A model generated the notes under the pieces. The model saw only the letters and a program-made list of their open reading frames with translations. It searched no databases and was not told the DNA's origin. The translations under genes and the position numbers were made by a program. Shown here piece after piece: positions 52,023 to 61,632 of a stretch of DNA of 64,000 nucleotides; position 1 is the first letter of the stretch, and each line of letters begins with the position of its first letter. Source of the DNA: Candidatus Poribacteria bacterium (lineage in GTDB: Bacteria > Poribacteria > WGA-4E > PCPOR2b). The stretch lies in contig OZ240245.1 of NCBI GenBank assembly GCA_965198175.1, positions 2,272,001-2,336,000 of the forward strand, given 5' to 3'.

Positions 52023-53543
52023 ATGAGAATAGATTTAAATGACGTGCTTCAGCGTTCATCAAGCGTGCAAGTGCAAGCCCACTGGGAACCGATTGCGGAT
52101 TCTTCGTTTAATCTACACAACGAGTTCCCCGAACACGCTGAGTTGTTCGATCTGTCTCCAAACTACCCCATCAAAGAATATGAGTCAGGTGCTTTCAAAG
52201 CTTTTCTTCCCTCATCGTCCGTATCAGTGGGAGATGTATGGGAACTTGATTCGGAGGGCGTTGTTCTGTTCCTTCGCCAATTCCACCCGGGGGCAACGAC
52301 AGCTTTATTTCAAGGCAAGGAAGGTGCCTTCGCGTGCTTACGTGCCCGTTCGGCAGAGTATGCGGAAATTACTTTCCGAATTCATGCGGATTTCACGTTG
52401 TCGAGTATCGCGTATGAAGAATGGAGGCGTGCAGATTCGTTGAAGGAAGATGAGGGTAAGGCCCGCTTTATCCCATCACAGTTTGCGGGGCGATTGGTAG
52501 TCAACCTAAAAGAGAGGACGGTTCGTGCGTTTTCGCTTGCGTTGCCGCCCCGCAATAGCAACGCCGACATCAATGCCTACGGTGGCGCTGATATGGTTTT
52601 TGTACCGCGCATGGAACTCCTCGCCACCGACGCCGATGACCAGGGTGAAATTGCGTGGGACATTTCCATCACTGCGGAAGAAGCACGCAGGGCGTTAGAC
52701 TTAAAGTTTTACCGGTTCGCTGAGATTGAATGGCGCCCGCTTGAAGAAGCCGTTGAACTTGCTAACGCAAAGCATCGCCCGATTCATGCTATCCTTGTCT
52801 GGGGGGCGCTAGACGACGAGTCTTGCTGAGCGAACGGCAAATACTTAAGGGCGGGTCCGCCCTCCAATTCAGAAGTGATAAAGACGCTCAACGAGAAGTT
52901 TGTAAATACCTGGGTGCTCCTAAGAGAGTTGCCAGAGCTAATAGATGGCGCAACAGGCGAAGGGGCGAGCCTCTTGGCGACTAAACTAAAACATCATTAC
53001 TCCGATTCGGTGGATGTATTGGTGCTGACCTCAGAGGCAGAGGTGCTGGCACATCAGCCGGAGATGGCACTTCCTTACAGGAGCAGGGCACAAGCCTACT
53101 TAAAGTTGCTTAATCGTTCTCTAGAAGCTTTTGAAGGAAGATATTTCTCAAAATTAGAAGCAAAACCCATCAGTCTGGGGAGGAAGTTTAAGGAAGTTCT
53201 ACATATTTTTCGCGCCTCCGGCACGCCAGATTACACGTTTGTTGACATTGACACAACCTCTTTTGAACACGATGGGATACTCCACATTGAGATACAGGTC
53301 GGTGGGGGCGAGGCGGCAGGAACGTTTGAATTATTTGATAGTGACGAGGAATTTGCCACAAATAAATCACCTGATGAAGCACTGACTGGAGCGTGGGATG
53401 TTCCGCCCGGTGGAACAGGACACATTATTCACGGTTTCAAACGGGGACAGCGCTTTAAGTTGGGGGCTACCGGGAGTAGGTCAAGCGAGAATGGGAGCAT
53501 CAACGCTTTTAGCGCATGTATTGCTGTCGTGCAGGATACCTAA
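52023..53543 (+). CDS. Selenoprotein N-like protein, about 506 aa, with Sec encoded by UGA at 52827-52829
   Basis: The two track ORFs are in the same frame and separated only by one TGA in WGALDDESC-U-ANGKYLR. SelN-like similarity continues on both sides. GGAGG RBS at 52013; no RBS before the GTG at 52875. Confidence 0.85.
52848..52863 (+). promoter_or_regulatory. Candidate bacterial SECIS apical stem-loop
   Basis: AGGGCG-GGTC-CGCCCT starts 18 nt after the UGA; G-containing apical loop. Confidence 0.65.
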
Positions 53544-53576
53544 AAGCGACAGGGAGGCGTTACGGATATCTAATTA

Positions 53577-54390
53577 GGTTCTGTTGACATTTCAACGGAG
53601 CCAGATGAGAGTAGAGACAAAACTCAGAAATCCAAAATAACGGGCAGCCAGTTTCTCGAAACGAGAGAAGATACGACGATACCATTTTATCTTGTTGATG
53701 AAACATTCAACCAGATGTCTCTCTTTGTATATATGTTTGTCATATGTTCTTTGAGCGCCACGATTACGTCGAGGCGGTATCACCGCTGTCGCTCCATTCG
53801 TCTCAATAACGTCGATAAAACTGTCCGAATCGTATCCCTTGTCGCCAATTACATGCTCGCTGTTATAGCCAACTATCAACGCTTCAGCTATGTCGTGTCT
53901 CTGACCGGGGGTTAGCTGGAGTCTAAGCGGATTACCCAGTGCGTCAACTGTGATATGAATTTTTGTGCTAAAGCCGCCCCGAGAGCGTCCTAGTGCTTGA
54001 TTGTCGGCACCTCTGTTTTTTTTGAGGCTCCAGCCGCGCATGGGTGAGCCCGGCAAATGGTAGTGTCAATAATAAGCCACTCCATATCTGGATCAGAGGC
54101 GAAGTAGCGGTGCATCTGTGTGAAGATTCCTATGTCACACCAGTTACTAAACCGCTTGTAGATGGAGTTCCAATTGCCATAGGCAGTTGGTAACAATCTC
54201 CATTGAGCACCGCTACGAGTCACCCACAGGACGGCTTCGACGAATCGTCAAGTCGCAGTTTCGTTTCGGACATAGATGTTGGAACAGCTTAGAAGAAACT
54301 GGTATATCTTTCTCCATCGGTCATCACGTAAGGTTATTGGCATCATTCTTCTATTATGCCACAACCTTATAACCAAATGTCAACAGAACC
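53577..54390 (-). mobile_element. IS5-family (IS427-like) insertion sequence, 814 bp
   Basis: Perfect 16-bp terminal IRs GGTTCTGTTGACATTT / AAATGTCAACAGAACC, flanked by TA on both sides (53575-76, 54391-92). Confidence 0.93.
53592..54346 (-). pseudogene. IS5-family transposase (orfA/orfB frameshift type) with premature stop
   Basis: orf[23 protein letters not shown]8 slip site at 54016-54023; orf[31 protein letters not shown]; in-frame TGA at 54250-54248. Confidence 0.88.
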
Positions 54391-54627
54391 TAGCCTACTA
54401 GTGGGGTACCGCGTGAAAGGGCGATATGCGTGCCTGTACGAATCCGCGTTGTCAACGCGATAGATGGGGGCAAATTTTCTAGATGATGCTGACCGTACGG
54501 TGTGGAAGAAGTTTAGGGGTGGCTACGGCAAAAAAAACGATTAAGCTTAATGCCGATTCATCTCTTTCTGGACAAACAGCGAAGATAAATATTCGGGGCG
54601 TCACGCCCTTTCATTGCTATCACCTCT

Positions 54628-55896
54628 TCATTTCAACGTCTGCAATACATCAAAGTAAGTCGGAAAGGTTTTATTGACACAACTTGGATTTTTTATCCGA
54701 ATGCCCGGCACCTTCAAGCCAATCAGGGAGAAACTCATGGCAATTCGGTGGTCGTTATACGTGTCAATTGCCGCAGGAGTAATCCTTGATGGTGAAATCT
54801 CAACACCGTCCTTATGTTCAACAACATGCACACCGAGCTTCCGTAGTTCCGTAACCGTGGCGTGAATGCGATCTGTTTCTTGCCAGCGGGTATGCTCAAT
54901 ATTGCGGATGCTCACTTTACCGTCCACAAATGGGGCGATTACAGCCAGCGTAGGCCAGGTGTCTGAGATTGAGTTCATGTCTATATCGATTCCCTTAAGC
55001 TGCTTCGTCCCAACCACTTCGCACCCGTCAACATACCGATTGACCTGACAACCCATCTTTTGCAGCACATCGACGAAATGGACATCTCCTTGAACGGAAT
55101 CCACGCTGAGGTTATCTATCCGGACTCGCCCCCCTGTGAGAGCAGCGGCGGCAAAGAAATAAGAGGCGCTAGAGGCGTCAGATTCAATGGTGTATTGACA
55201 AGGTTGATACTGCTGTCCACCTTCAATATGGAAGAATCGGTAGTTATCGTGGGTCACATTCACACTGAACGCCTTCATCACCGACAGAGTGATGTCAATA
55301 TACGGTGTTTTGAGTTTATCTGTGATTTCGACCTCTATACCTTTTCTAGTATAAGGAGCAACGAGCATCAGCGATGTCAAGAACTGGCTGCTTTCGTTTG
55401 TGTTCAGTCGAGTTTTTCCACCCTCAAATCCATTCGCATGAACAATGACGGGCAGGTATCCGTTGTCGAATTGTGGGCGGACATCAACGCCGAGCTGCCG
55501 GAGGGCATTGAGCAGATTAGCGATTGGACGCGCTCGGCGCATCGGTTCATCGCCATCAATGACGAAAGTGCCTTTGCCAAGCGCAACATAGCTCACAAGT
55601 GAGCGCGATGTGGTTCCGGAATTACCGATGTAGAGTTCAGCATGATTGACAGGAATCTTGCCGCCCTTGCCGGTAATTTCAAATGTGGTCCGTTTTTCGT
55701 CAGCTTCGATCTCGACCCCGAGTTGGCGCAAGGCTTCGCACATATTGTGGGTGTCATCGCTGAATAGTGCTCCAGTCAGTCGAGAACGTCCTTCAGCAAG
55801 CGCAGCAACTAACAGTGCCCGGTTTGTGTAGCTCTTTGAACCAGGCACTGTGACAGTGGCATCAATTGCTTTCTGAACAGCGTGAATTTCGATCAT
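54628..55896 (-). CDS. aroA: EPSP synthase
   Basis: PGSKSYTNR, GNSGT, SSQFLTS, ETDRI and DHRIAMSF. Confidence 0.96.
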   Translation of the reverse strand: MIEIHAVQKAIDATVTVPGSKSYTNRALLVAALAEGRSRLTGALFSDDTHNMCEALRQLGVEIEADEKRTTFEITGKGGKIPVNHAELYIGNSGTTSRSLVSYVALGKGTFVIDGDEPMRRARPIANLLNALRQLGVDVRPQFDNGYLPVIVHANGFEGGKTRLNTNESSQFLTSLMLVAPYTRKGIEVEITDKLKTPYIDITLSVMKAFSVNVTHDNYRFFHIEGGQQYQPCQYTIESDASSASYFFAAAALTGGRVRIDNLSVDSVQGDVHFVDVLQKMGCQVNRYVDGCEVVGTKQLKGIDIDMNSISDTWPTLAVIAPFVDGKVSIRNIEHTRWQETDRIHATVTELRKLGVHVVEHKDGVEISPSRITPAAIDTYNDHRIAMSFSLIGLKVPGIRIKNPSCVNKTFPTYFDVLQTLK

Positions 55897-56047
55897 GTTT
55901 TTGCCGCGTGAAATGGGCTGAATTTGTGAATGCTTCGTACCGGCTTGTTTTTCCCATGAAACCTTGTGTCATTAACGAGTCCACTAGATGAAAAGTTGAG
56001 TTTTACCTAACATAGCCCCATAATCAGCCGGAAAATATCTCATGCAT

Positions 56048-56944
56048 TCAGACCAATCCATGTTCCGTCAATAGCTTACTCAACTCACCTTTCGCTGCCT
56101 CATTGAGCGGTAGAAGAGGACTCGTTGTGTAATCATGGCAGATGTCGAGGACTTGCATGCAGGCTTTCATACAACTGACTCCCGCGCCATAGGTGTAGAG
56201 TTTGCTCAGCTTTAGCAATCGTTCCTGCAAACGATGAACTTCATTGATATTTCGATTTTTCGCCGCGTCATACAACTGGACGGAGGTTCTCGGATCAATG
56301 TTCGATATCGAGATTACTGCGCCTTCCGCACCGAATGTAATTGCTGCACCTGCCATTGTGTATGATCCAATCAGAATCGAAAAACGTTCATCATCCCCTA
56401 GATAGGTCAACAGTTTCAGGAAATTTGTCCAATCTCCTGAACTATCCTTAATCCCAACAATGTTGTTATGTTGTTCCGCCAAATCTCGGACAATCTCTGG
56501 CTGAATCATGGTTTTGACCATCATCGGAATGTTGTAAATGACAAAGGGGAGATCGGTGCTTTGGGCGACGGAACTGTAAAATATCTTGATGTCATCGTCA
56601 TCGCTTGATGGGTAGTAGAATGGGGGTGTTGCGGCAACTGCATCAACCTTGAGTTCCTGCGCCATTTCGACATTTTGAATTACGCGCCGGGTACTCGAAT
56701 CCATTGCCCCACAGATGATCGGCACACGTCCACCGATTGTGTTGACCGCAATCTCGATTGCGCGTTGACGTTCCGCATTAGTAAGCGAAACGAACTCACC
56801 GGAACTGCCCAGCAAGTAGATGCCGTGTACACCGTTGTCTATTAAACGGTTGAGATGTCTCACGAACCCTATCTCATCAACTCGTTCTTTCTCGTCTAGC
56901 GGCGTTATCGTCGGTGTAAAAATGCCTTCAAATCGTACGTCCAT
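56048..56944 (-). CDS. DHDPS/NAL family aldolase or dehydratase
   Basis: GSSGE, PPFYY, YNIP and GIKDSSGD. Confidence 0.92.
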   Translation of the reverse strand: MDVRFEGIFTPTITPLDEKERVDEIGFVRHLNRLIDNGVHGIYLLGSSGEFVSLTNAERQRAIEIAVNTIGGRVPIICGAMDSSTRRVIQNVEMAQELKVDAVAATPPFYYPSSDDDDIKIFYSSVAQSTDLPFVIYNIPMMVKTMIQPEIVRDLAEQHNNIVGIKDSSGDWTNFLKLLTYLGDDERFSILIGSYTMAGAAITFGAEGAVISISNIDPRTSVQLYDAAKNRNINEVHRLQERLLKLSKLYTYGAGVSCMKACMQVLDICHDYTTSPLLPLNEAAKGELSKLLTEHGLV

Positions 56945-57068
56945 AATGTTACTCTCCTCAAATAATGAATGCTGAACTTAGTTTAACAGAATATTAGCCG
57001 CATGTCAATAACTTGAATTGCCCTTTATTTTCATAAATAGAATGTCTGTTACTTGTCCGAAAGGATTG

Positions 57069-57132
57069 TTGACTTGCCCAATAATCTGTGGTATGATTGA
57101 ATCTGTCAGATAGTCAACTTCGTTGTCAGATA
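57069..57132 (+). promoter_or_regulatory. sigma70 promoter with two operator-like TGTCAGATA sites
   Basis: TTGACT (57069)-17 bp-TATGAT (57092); TGTCAGATA at 57104 and 57124; ATCTGTCAGAT is palindromic. Confidence 0.6.
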
Positions 57133-57213
57133 ACACTGTTACCATCTTCGTTTTTATCACCTAAACGGTTATAACTTTCGGAATTTCAGATTCATAACAC
57201 CTGAGAATACAAC

Positions 57214-58647
57214 ATGGTACCTGTCGAAGCCACAAAACTTGATGTTCTCTGGCGAGACGCAGACACGCGTGAGACGTGCCTCCGTGAGATCGTGGGAGAG
57301 CGACTTACTGCAACTCCGCCACCAACTTTAGACGACCACATCGTGGCAACCTACTTTTTGGCGCTCCGCACAATGAAACTAGAGGAAGTAGCCGAAGAAA
57401 TTAGCTATCATGCCACCAGCGGTGTCAGACACCCGCCCGCGGGTTCTTTATTGGAAGAATGCACTGCCATGGCTGTCGGTGTTGATGCATTCGATCCCAG
57501 TGGACAGCTGGGTTTGTTGCACATGGCTTTTCCCCTGAAATTGATGTGTCAGCCAGACGGTCATTTGACCTCTTGTGATCTGCTACACACAATGGCAGGG
57601 GCAATTATTTTTGATGTTTTTGAAAATCAAGATGCCCGACTAGTTTCCTTGAGTATCCCGGAGGAGGTTATCCAAACCTTCCCAGGACCTGCACATGGTC
57701 TGGGAGGGGTTCGGCGGCTCACAGGATTTGCGTCAACCCAACCTGCTTTTGGCACGATTCTAAAACCGACCGCTGGAATTACGCCGGACGAGGTTGGAAA
57801 GCTGGTCGAGGAAGTGGCGAGATGTTCTCTGTTTCTCTTCGTGAAGGAAGACGAAAACCTCTATCCCAACCTCGATTATTCTCCAGTCGCCGAACGAACA
57901 CGCCAAGCTGTAGCTGCGATTGAGCGCGCCCGGGATGAGCGTGGGGGACTCGGGCTCATTTTCGCACCGCATATCAGCGGCGCCCCCCATGAAATCCTCG
58001 ACACGGTTTACGCCGTGCTTGACGCAGGTACCAGCGGTGTCATGTTCAGCGAGACCTTTGCCGGTGGTACGGTTCGCATGGTGCGTGAGGCGACAAAACA
58101 CCTCAGCACACCGCCTATCATCTATGGCCACAACGCGGGGATTGGTGTGAAGACGCGGGCGATTTGGCGCGAGATTATCGATCTGTTCGCACGGCTTGAT
58201 GGGATTGATTTCCGCCAGACATCGCCGGTACGACCGGGAATTCCCTTCCTGCGTCCATATGGCGCAGAATGGGAGGCATCGGAGGAAATTCTTACCCGTC
58301 CTCTGTCAGGTATTCACCCGACCGCAATCGTTCGCGCGGGTTCACTAGATCAGGGTAACATTTGCCTCAACCTTGCTGATGCTGAGAAGCGCGAATGTCT
58401 TGAAAATGTCATGTTTATGGCAGGGTCAGCCATTCACTCCATCAAGAATTCAGCGGGCAAACCCGACCCGAAAATTGGAGTGGAAGCGATGCTGCAAGCC
58501 ATTGAGGTTCATCGCTCTGGTGAATTGCGCGCCCTACCTATGGAAGAACACGTCGTTGCGCTAGCGACCTGTGCAGAGCGCAAACAACTCAAGGCTTTAC
58601 GAGAAGCGCTGCGTCAACGCTATCCTGACATAGTCACATCGCCTTAG
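57214..58647 (+). CDS. RuBisCO-like protein (form IV)
   Basis: FPGPAHG, GTILKPTAG, carbamylation motif KEDE and YGHNAG; altered loop-6 and GGG motifs. Confidence 0.88.
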   Translation: MVPVEATKLDVLWRDADTRETCLREIVGERLTATPPPTLDDHIVATYFLALRTMKLEEVAEEISYHATSGVRHPPAGSLLEECTAMAVGVDAFDPSGQLGLLHMAFPLKLMCQPDGHLTSCDLLHTMAGAIIFDVFENQDARLVSLSIPEEVIQTFPGPAHGLGGVRRLTGFASTQPAFGTILKPTAGITPDEVGKLVEEVARCSLFLFVKEDENLYPNLDYSPVAERTRQAVAAIERARDERGGLGLIFAPHISGAPHEILDTVYAVLDAGTSGVMFSETFAGGTVRMVREATKHLSTPPIIYGHNAGIGVKTRAIWREIIDLFARLDGIDFRQTSPVRPGIPFLRPYGAEWEASEEILTRPLSGIHPTAIVRAGSLDQGNICLNLADAEKRECLENVMFMAGSAIHSIKNSAGKPDPKIGVEAMLQAIEVHRSGELRALPMEEHVVALATCAERKQLKALREALRQRYPDIVTSP

Positions 58648-58675
58648 TAATGATGAATTGATTCAAACACCTAAT

Positions 58676-59749
58676 ATGAACAGAGAAACACGGCGTTTGC
58701 GTATCGGCGTATTGGGTTGCGGCGCCGTTGCGCAGATTGCACATCTTGATGCCTGCCGCAAAGCCCACAACGCAGAGCTCTATGCTATCTGCGATGTTGC
58801 TGAAGACTTACTGGCAAAAATGTCCGTTGTCCACGAACCGCGAGTCGTCTATCGGGATTACGAAGACATGCTAGCTGACCCGCGGGTGGAAGCGGTTATC
58901 ATAGCGGTAGCCGATCAATTTCATGTGCCCCTTGCATACCAAGCGGTTGACGCGGGTAAGCACCTATTCGTCGAAAAACCTCTCGGCGTGAACGTCGAAG
59001 AATGTGAAGATTTGTTGAATCGGATTCAAAACACGGGGCTAGTGCTGCAAATAGGGCACAACAGGCGTTTCGATCCCGCTATCGCCTACGGTCGGTCATT
59101 TATCAAAGAAGAGCTAGGACATATCGTTGCGCTCAAGTCGTGGTATTACGATTCGACCGACCGTTACACGATGACCGACAACTTACATCCAATCCCTGTG
59201 ACGAGCAAGTGCGTCAAGCGCCCCGAAGGCAATCCAAAGGCGGACAGATACCAATATTTCATACTCGGACACGGCAGCCATCTTGTGGACACCGCGCGTT
59301 TTCTCGGCGGAGAGATTGTGAGCGTCCGTGCTCGGTTTCTTGAGCGTTTTGGGACCTACTGCTGGTTTGTGAGCGTAGAATTCGCCAATGGCAGTCTAGG
59401 ACACTTCGAACTAATCATCGCTATACGCGGAGATTTCGAGGAAGGTTTCCGGGTCCTCGGTGAACACGGCAGCGTCCGGGGGAGAATGTTTCTGCCTTGG
59501 TACCACAAGTCTGGACACGTTGAGTGCTTCTCCGTAAAAGATGGTTTGTTTCGTCGTCCACTGGGTGCGGACGCCTATACCTACAAACTGCAAATTGAGG
59601 GGTTTGCAGATACGATTCTTAATGGGGCTCCTATGCATGGCGCGGGAATTGAGGATGGAGTGGCTGCCATGCGGGCGATGGTCGCCATCGCCCGCTCAGT
59701 AAAAACCGGCGAAAGCGTTCGGTTAGCAGATGTTACTGGAGCAGTCTAA
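58676..59749 (+). CDS. Gfo/Idh/MocA family oxidoreductase
   Basis: IGVLGCGAVA, GKHLFVEKP, GHNRRF and GSHLVD. Confidence 0.93.
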   Translation: MNRETRRLRIGVLGCGAVAQIAHLDACRKAHNAELYAICDVAEDLLAKMSVVHEPRVVYRDYEDMLADPRVEAVIIAVADQFHVPLAYQAVDAGKHLFVEKPLGVNVEECEDLLNRIQNTGLVLQIGHNRRFDPAIAYGRSFIKEELGHIVALKSWYYDSTDRYTMTDNLHPIPVTSKCVKRPEGNPKADRYQYFILGHGSHLVDTARFLGGEIVSVRARFLERFGTYCWFVSVEFANGSLGHFELIIAIRGDFEEGFRVLGEHGSVRGRMFLPWYHKSGHVECFSVKDGLFRRPLGADAYTYKLQIEGFADTILNGAPMHGAGIEDGVAAMRAMVAIARSVKTGESVRLADVTGAV

Positions 59750-59956
59750 TGCAAATCCACTAGCCGAGTACACAAAAACTTATCACTAGTTAGAACAATT
59801 ACGGGGTGGGTGGAAAATATTCGCCAGTTTTAAACGAGCAGTACCCGCCAACGAATTAGAACATCCCGCTGATAACCCGTCTAATCGAGCATCTAGGTAA
59901 TCGACCGTAGGGCAATAGATTGAATACCAAAAGACAATAACAAATCAACCGTTAAG

Positions 59957-61591
59957 ATGATAACAACAGTTACGATTTGGCATCCTCAAATACGCTTCAA
60001 GCAACCGGTTATGAATGGTGCGGAAAATGAAGTGCAGAATTCCATCAGCTTGTACCAGACTCTGGTCTTAATCCTTTTCGTAAGTGTGAGCTGTTTGGGG
60101 AACCCTTTCAATCTGGCTTTTGCGGACGCGGCTAGGACACAGCAGATGGTGAAAGCACATTTCGATCGGGGTGTGCATTATGTTGAAATTGGGTTGTACG
60201 ATAAAGCCATGAGCGAGGTTAAAAAGGTTCTGGAACTTCAGCCGGAGAGCAGCGAAGCCTTTTGTCTTCTCGGCGATGTCTATCAATACAAGGAGATGTT
60301 TCATGAGGCGGCGGGCGCCTACCAACGCGCGCTTACGCTCAACGGATCAAAGCCAACACGGGGGATAGCAAACTGGTGTCTCGGCATTATCTACAGCAAA
60401 CAGGGTAAATTCCTAGAGGCGGAAACGTACGGAAAGGAAGCCGTTTCATTGCTACCGGAAGCGGCGTGGGCGCATCACCGATTGGGTGACATCTACACAC
60501 AACGCGGGAAATTAAAAGAGGCAGTCGGCGCCTACCAGAAGGCGATTCAGTTGAATCCAGAACTCGGTGAAGCCTATCAAGGTCTTGGGCGTACAGCACT
60601 CATGCAAAACGAACCAGAGGCTGCGATTCGATATTATCAGGGTGCAATTCAACGAGACCCTTATGAGGAAGGTGCTTACTACAACCTTGCCAAAGCGTAT
60701 CGACGTTCACATCAAATAGAAAATGCTAAAGTCCAGATGGAGCTGTTCAAGGAAATTAAAGCGTATCAAGATACTGTACAGCAGTATCGAAAGAAATTGA
60801 AAAAGAATCCAACCAACGTCGCTATATATGCAGAATTGGCAAAAATTCATCTCGAAATCAACAACCGCAACGCCGCCATCGGAGAGTATCATATCATGAC
60901 ATCCATAGCCCCCTCGCTTGCGCTCGGGCATTACAATTTGGGAGCGCTCTACATGCAGCAGGGAGAGGTGCAGAGGGCGATTGAGGCTTTCCAAAAAGCA
61001 ATTGAATTGGACGAAAACGATACAGAACCGTACACCCGTCTCGGTTGGATTTATGCCAGCCAAAGAAAGTTTGACCTTGCAGAATCCTACCTTCAAGGTG
61101 CGCTTCAACGCAATCCAATGTTGGGGGAAGCCTATCGGGGATTGGGTGAAATTTATGTTCAACAGGACGCCCTGAGTGACGCAATCGCGGCCTACACGAA
61201 GCTGATAGAAATCGAACCCAAGGCAGCAGCAGGCTGGCTGCGGCTAGGGGCTCTACAGGTTAAAGCCAAACAGTTCGACCATGCTGTTCACGCTTTCCAG
61301 CAAGCTATGAAAATGAATCCGGACTTGCCCGATGCTTATAATAATTTGGCATGGCTCTACGCCGACCTGAACTTAAATCTAGACCTAGCCATCCCTTTAG
61401 CGGAGAAAGCGGTTGCGTTGAACCCTACGGCTTCAAACCTCGACACGTTAGCTTACGCCCACTATAAAAACAGAAATTATCCGGTGGCAGAGCAAGTGAT
61501 TCAACGTGCCCTTGAAATCAATCCCAACAAAGACCAATATCGTCTACTTCTGCAAAAAATCCAAAACGCCCGTGAGATGAACGGCAAATGA
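59957..61591 (+). CDS. Multi-TPR protein
   Basis: About 10 or more TPR repeats, including AYNNLAWLYA..LDTLA. Confidence 0.9.
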   Translation: MITTVTIWHPQIRFKQPVMNGAENEVQNSISLYQTLVLILFVSVSCLGNPFNLAFADAARTQQMVKAHFDRGVHYVEIGLYDKAMSEVKKVLELQPESSEAFCLLGDVYQYKEMFHEAAGAYQRALTLNGSKPTRGIANWCLGIIYSKQGKFLEAETYGKEAVSLLPEAAWAHHRLGDIYTQRGKLKEAVGAYQKAIQLNPELGEAYQGLGRTALMQNEPEAAIRYYQGAIQRDPYEEGAYYNLAKAYRRSHQIENAKVQMELFKEIKAYQDTVQQYRKKLKKNPTNVAIYAELAKIHLEINNRNAAIGEYHIMTSIAPSLALGHYNLGALYMQQGEVQRAIEAFQKAIELDENDTEPYTRLGWIYASQRKFDLAESYLQGALQRNPMLGEAYRGLGEIYVQQDALSDAIAAYTKLIEIEPKAAAGWLRLGALQVKAKQFDHAVHAFQQAMKMNPDLPDAYNNLAWLYADLNLNLDLAIPLAEKAVALNPTASNLDTLAYAHYKNRNYPVAEQVIQRALEINPNKDQYRLLLQKIQNAREMNGK

Positions 61592-61632
61592 AACGGCAAG
61601 AATCATCTAATCAGGAGGTTGAGGGTTGAACG

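Noticed and set aside
54248..54250. In-frame TGA in the transposase as possible Sec
   Set aside because: Not a Cys or redox position and no SECIS-like hairpin noticed; a CGA-to-TGA nonsense change is simpler.
57214..58647. Carbon-fixing RuBisCO
   Set aside because: K177, loop 6 and GGG equivalents are substituted, and no small subunit or prk is nearby.
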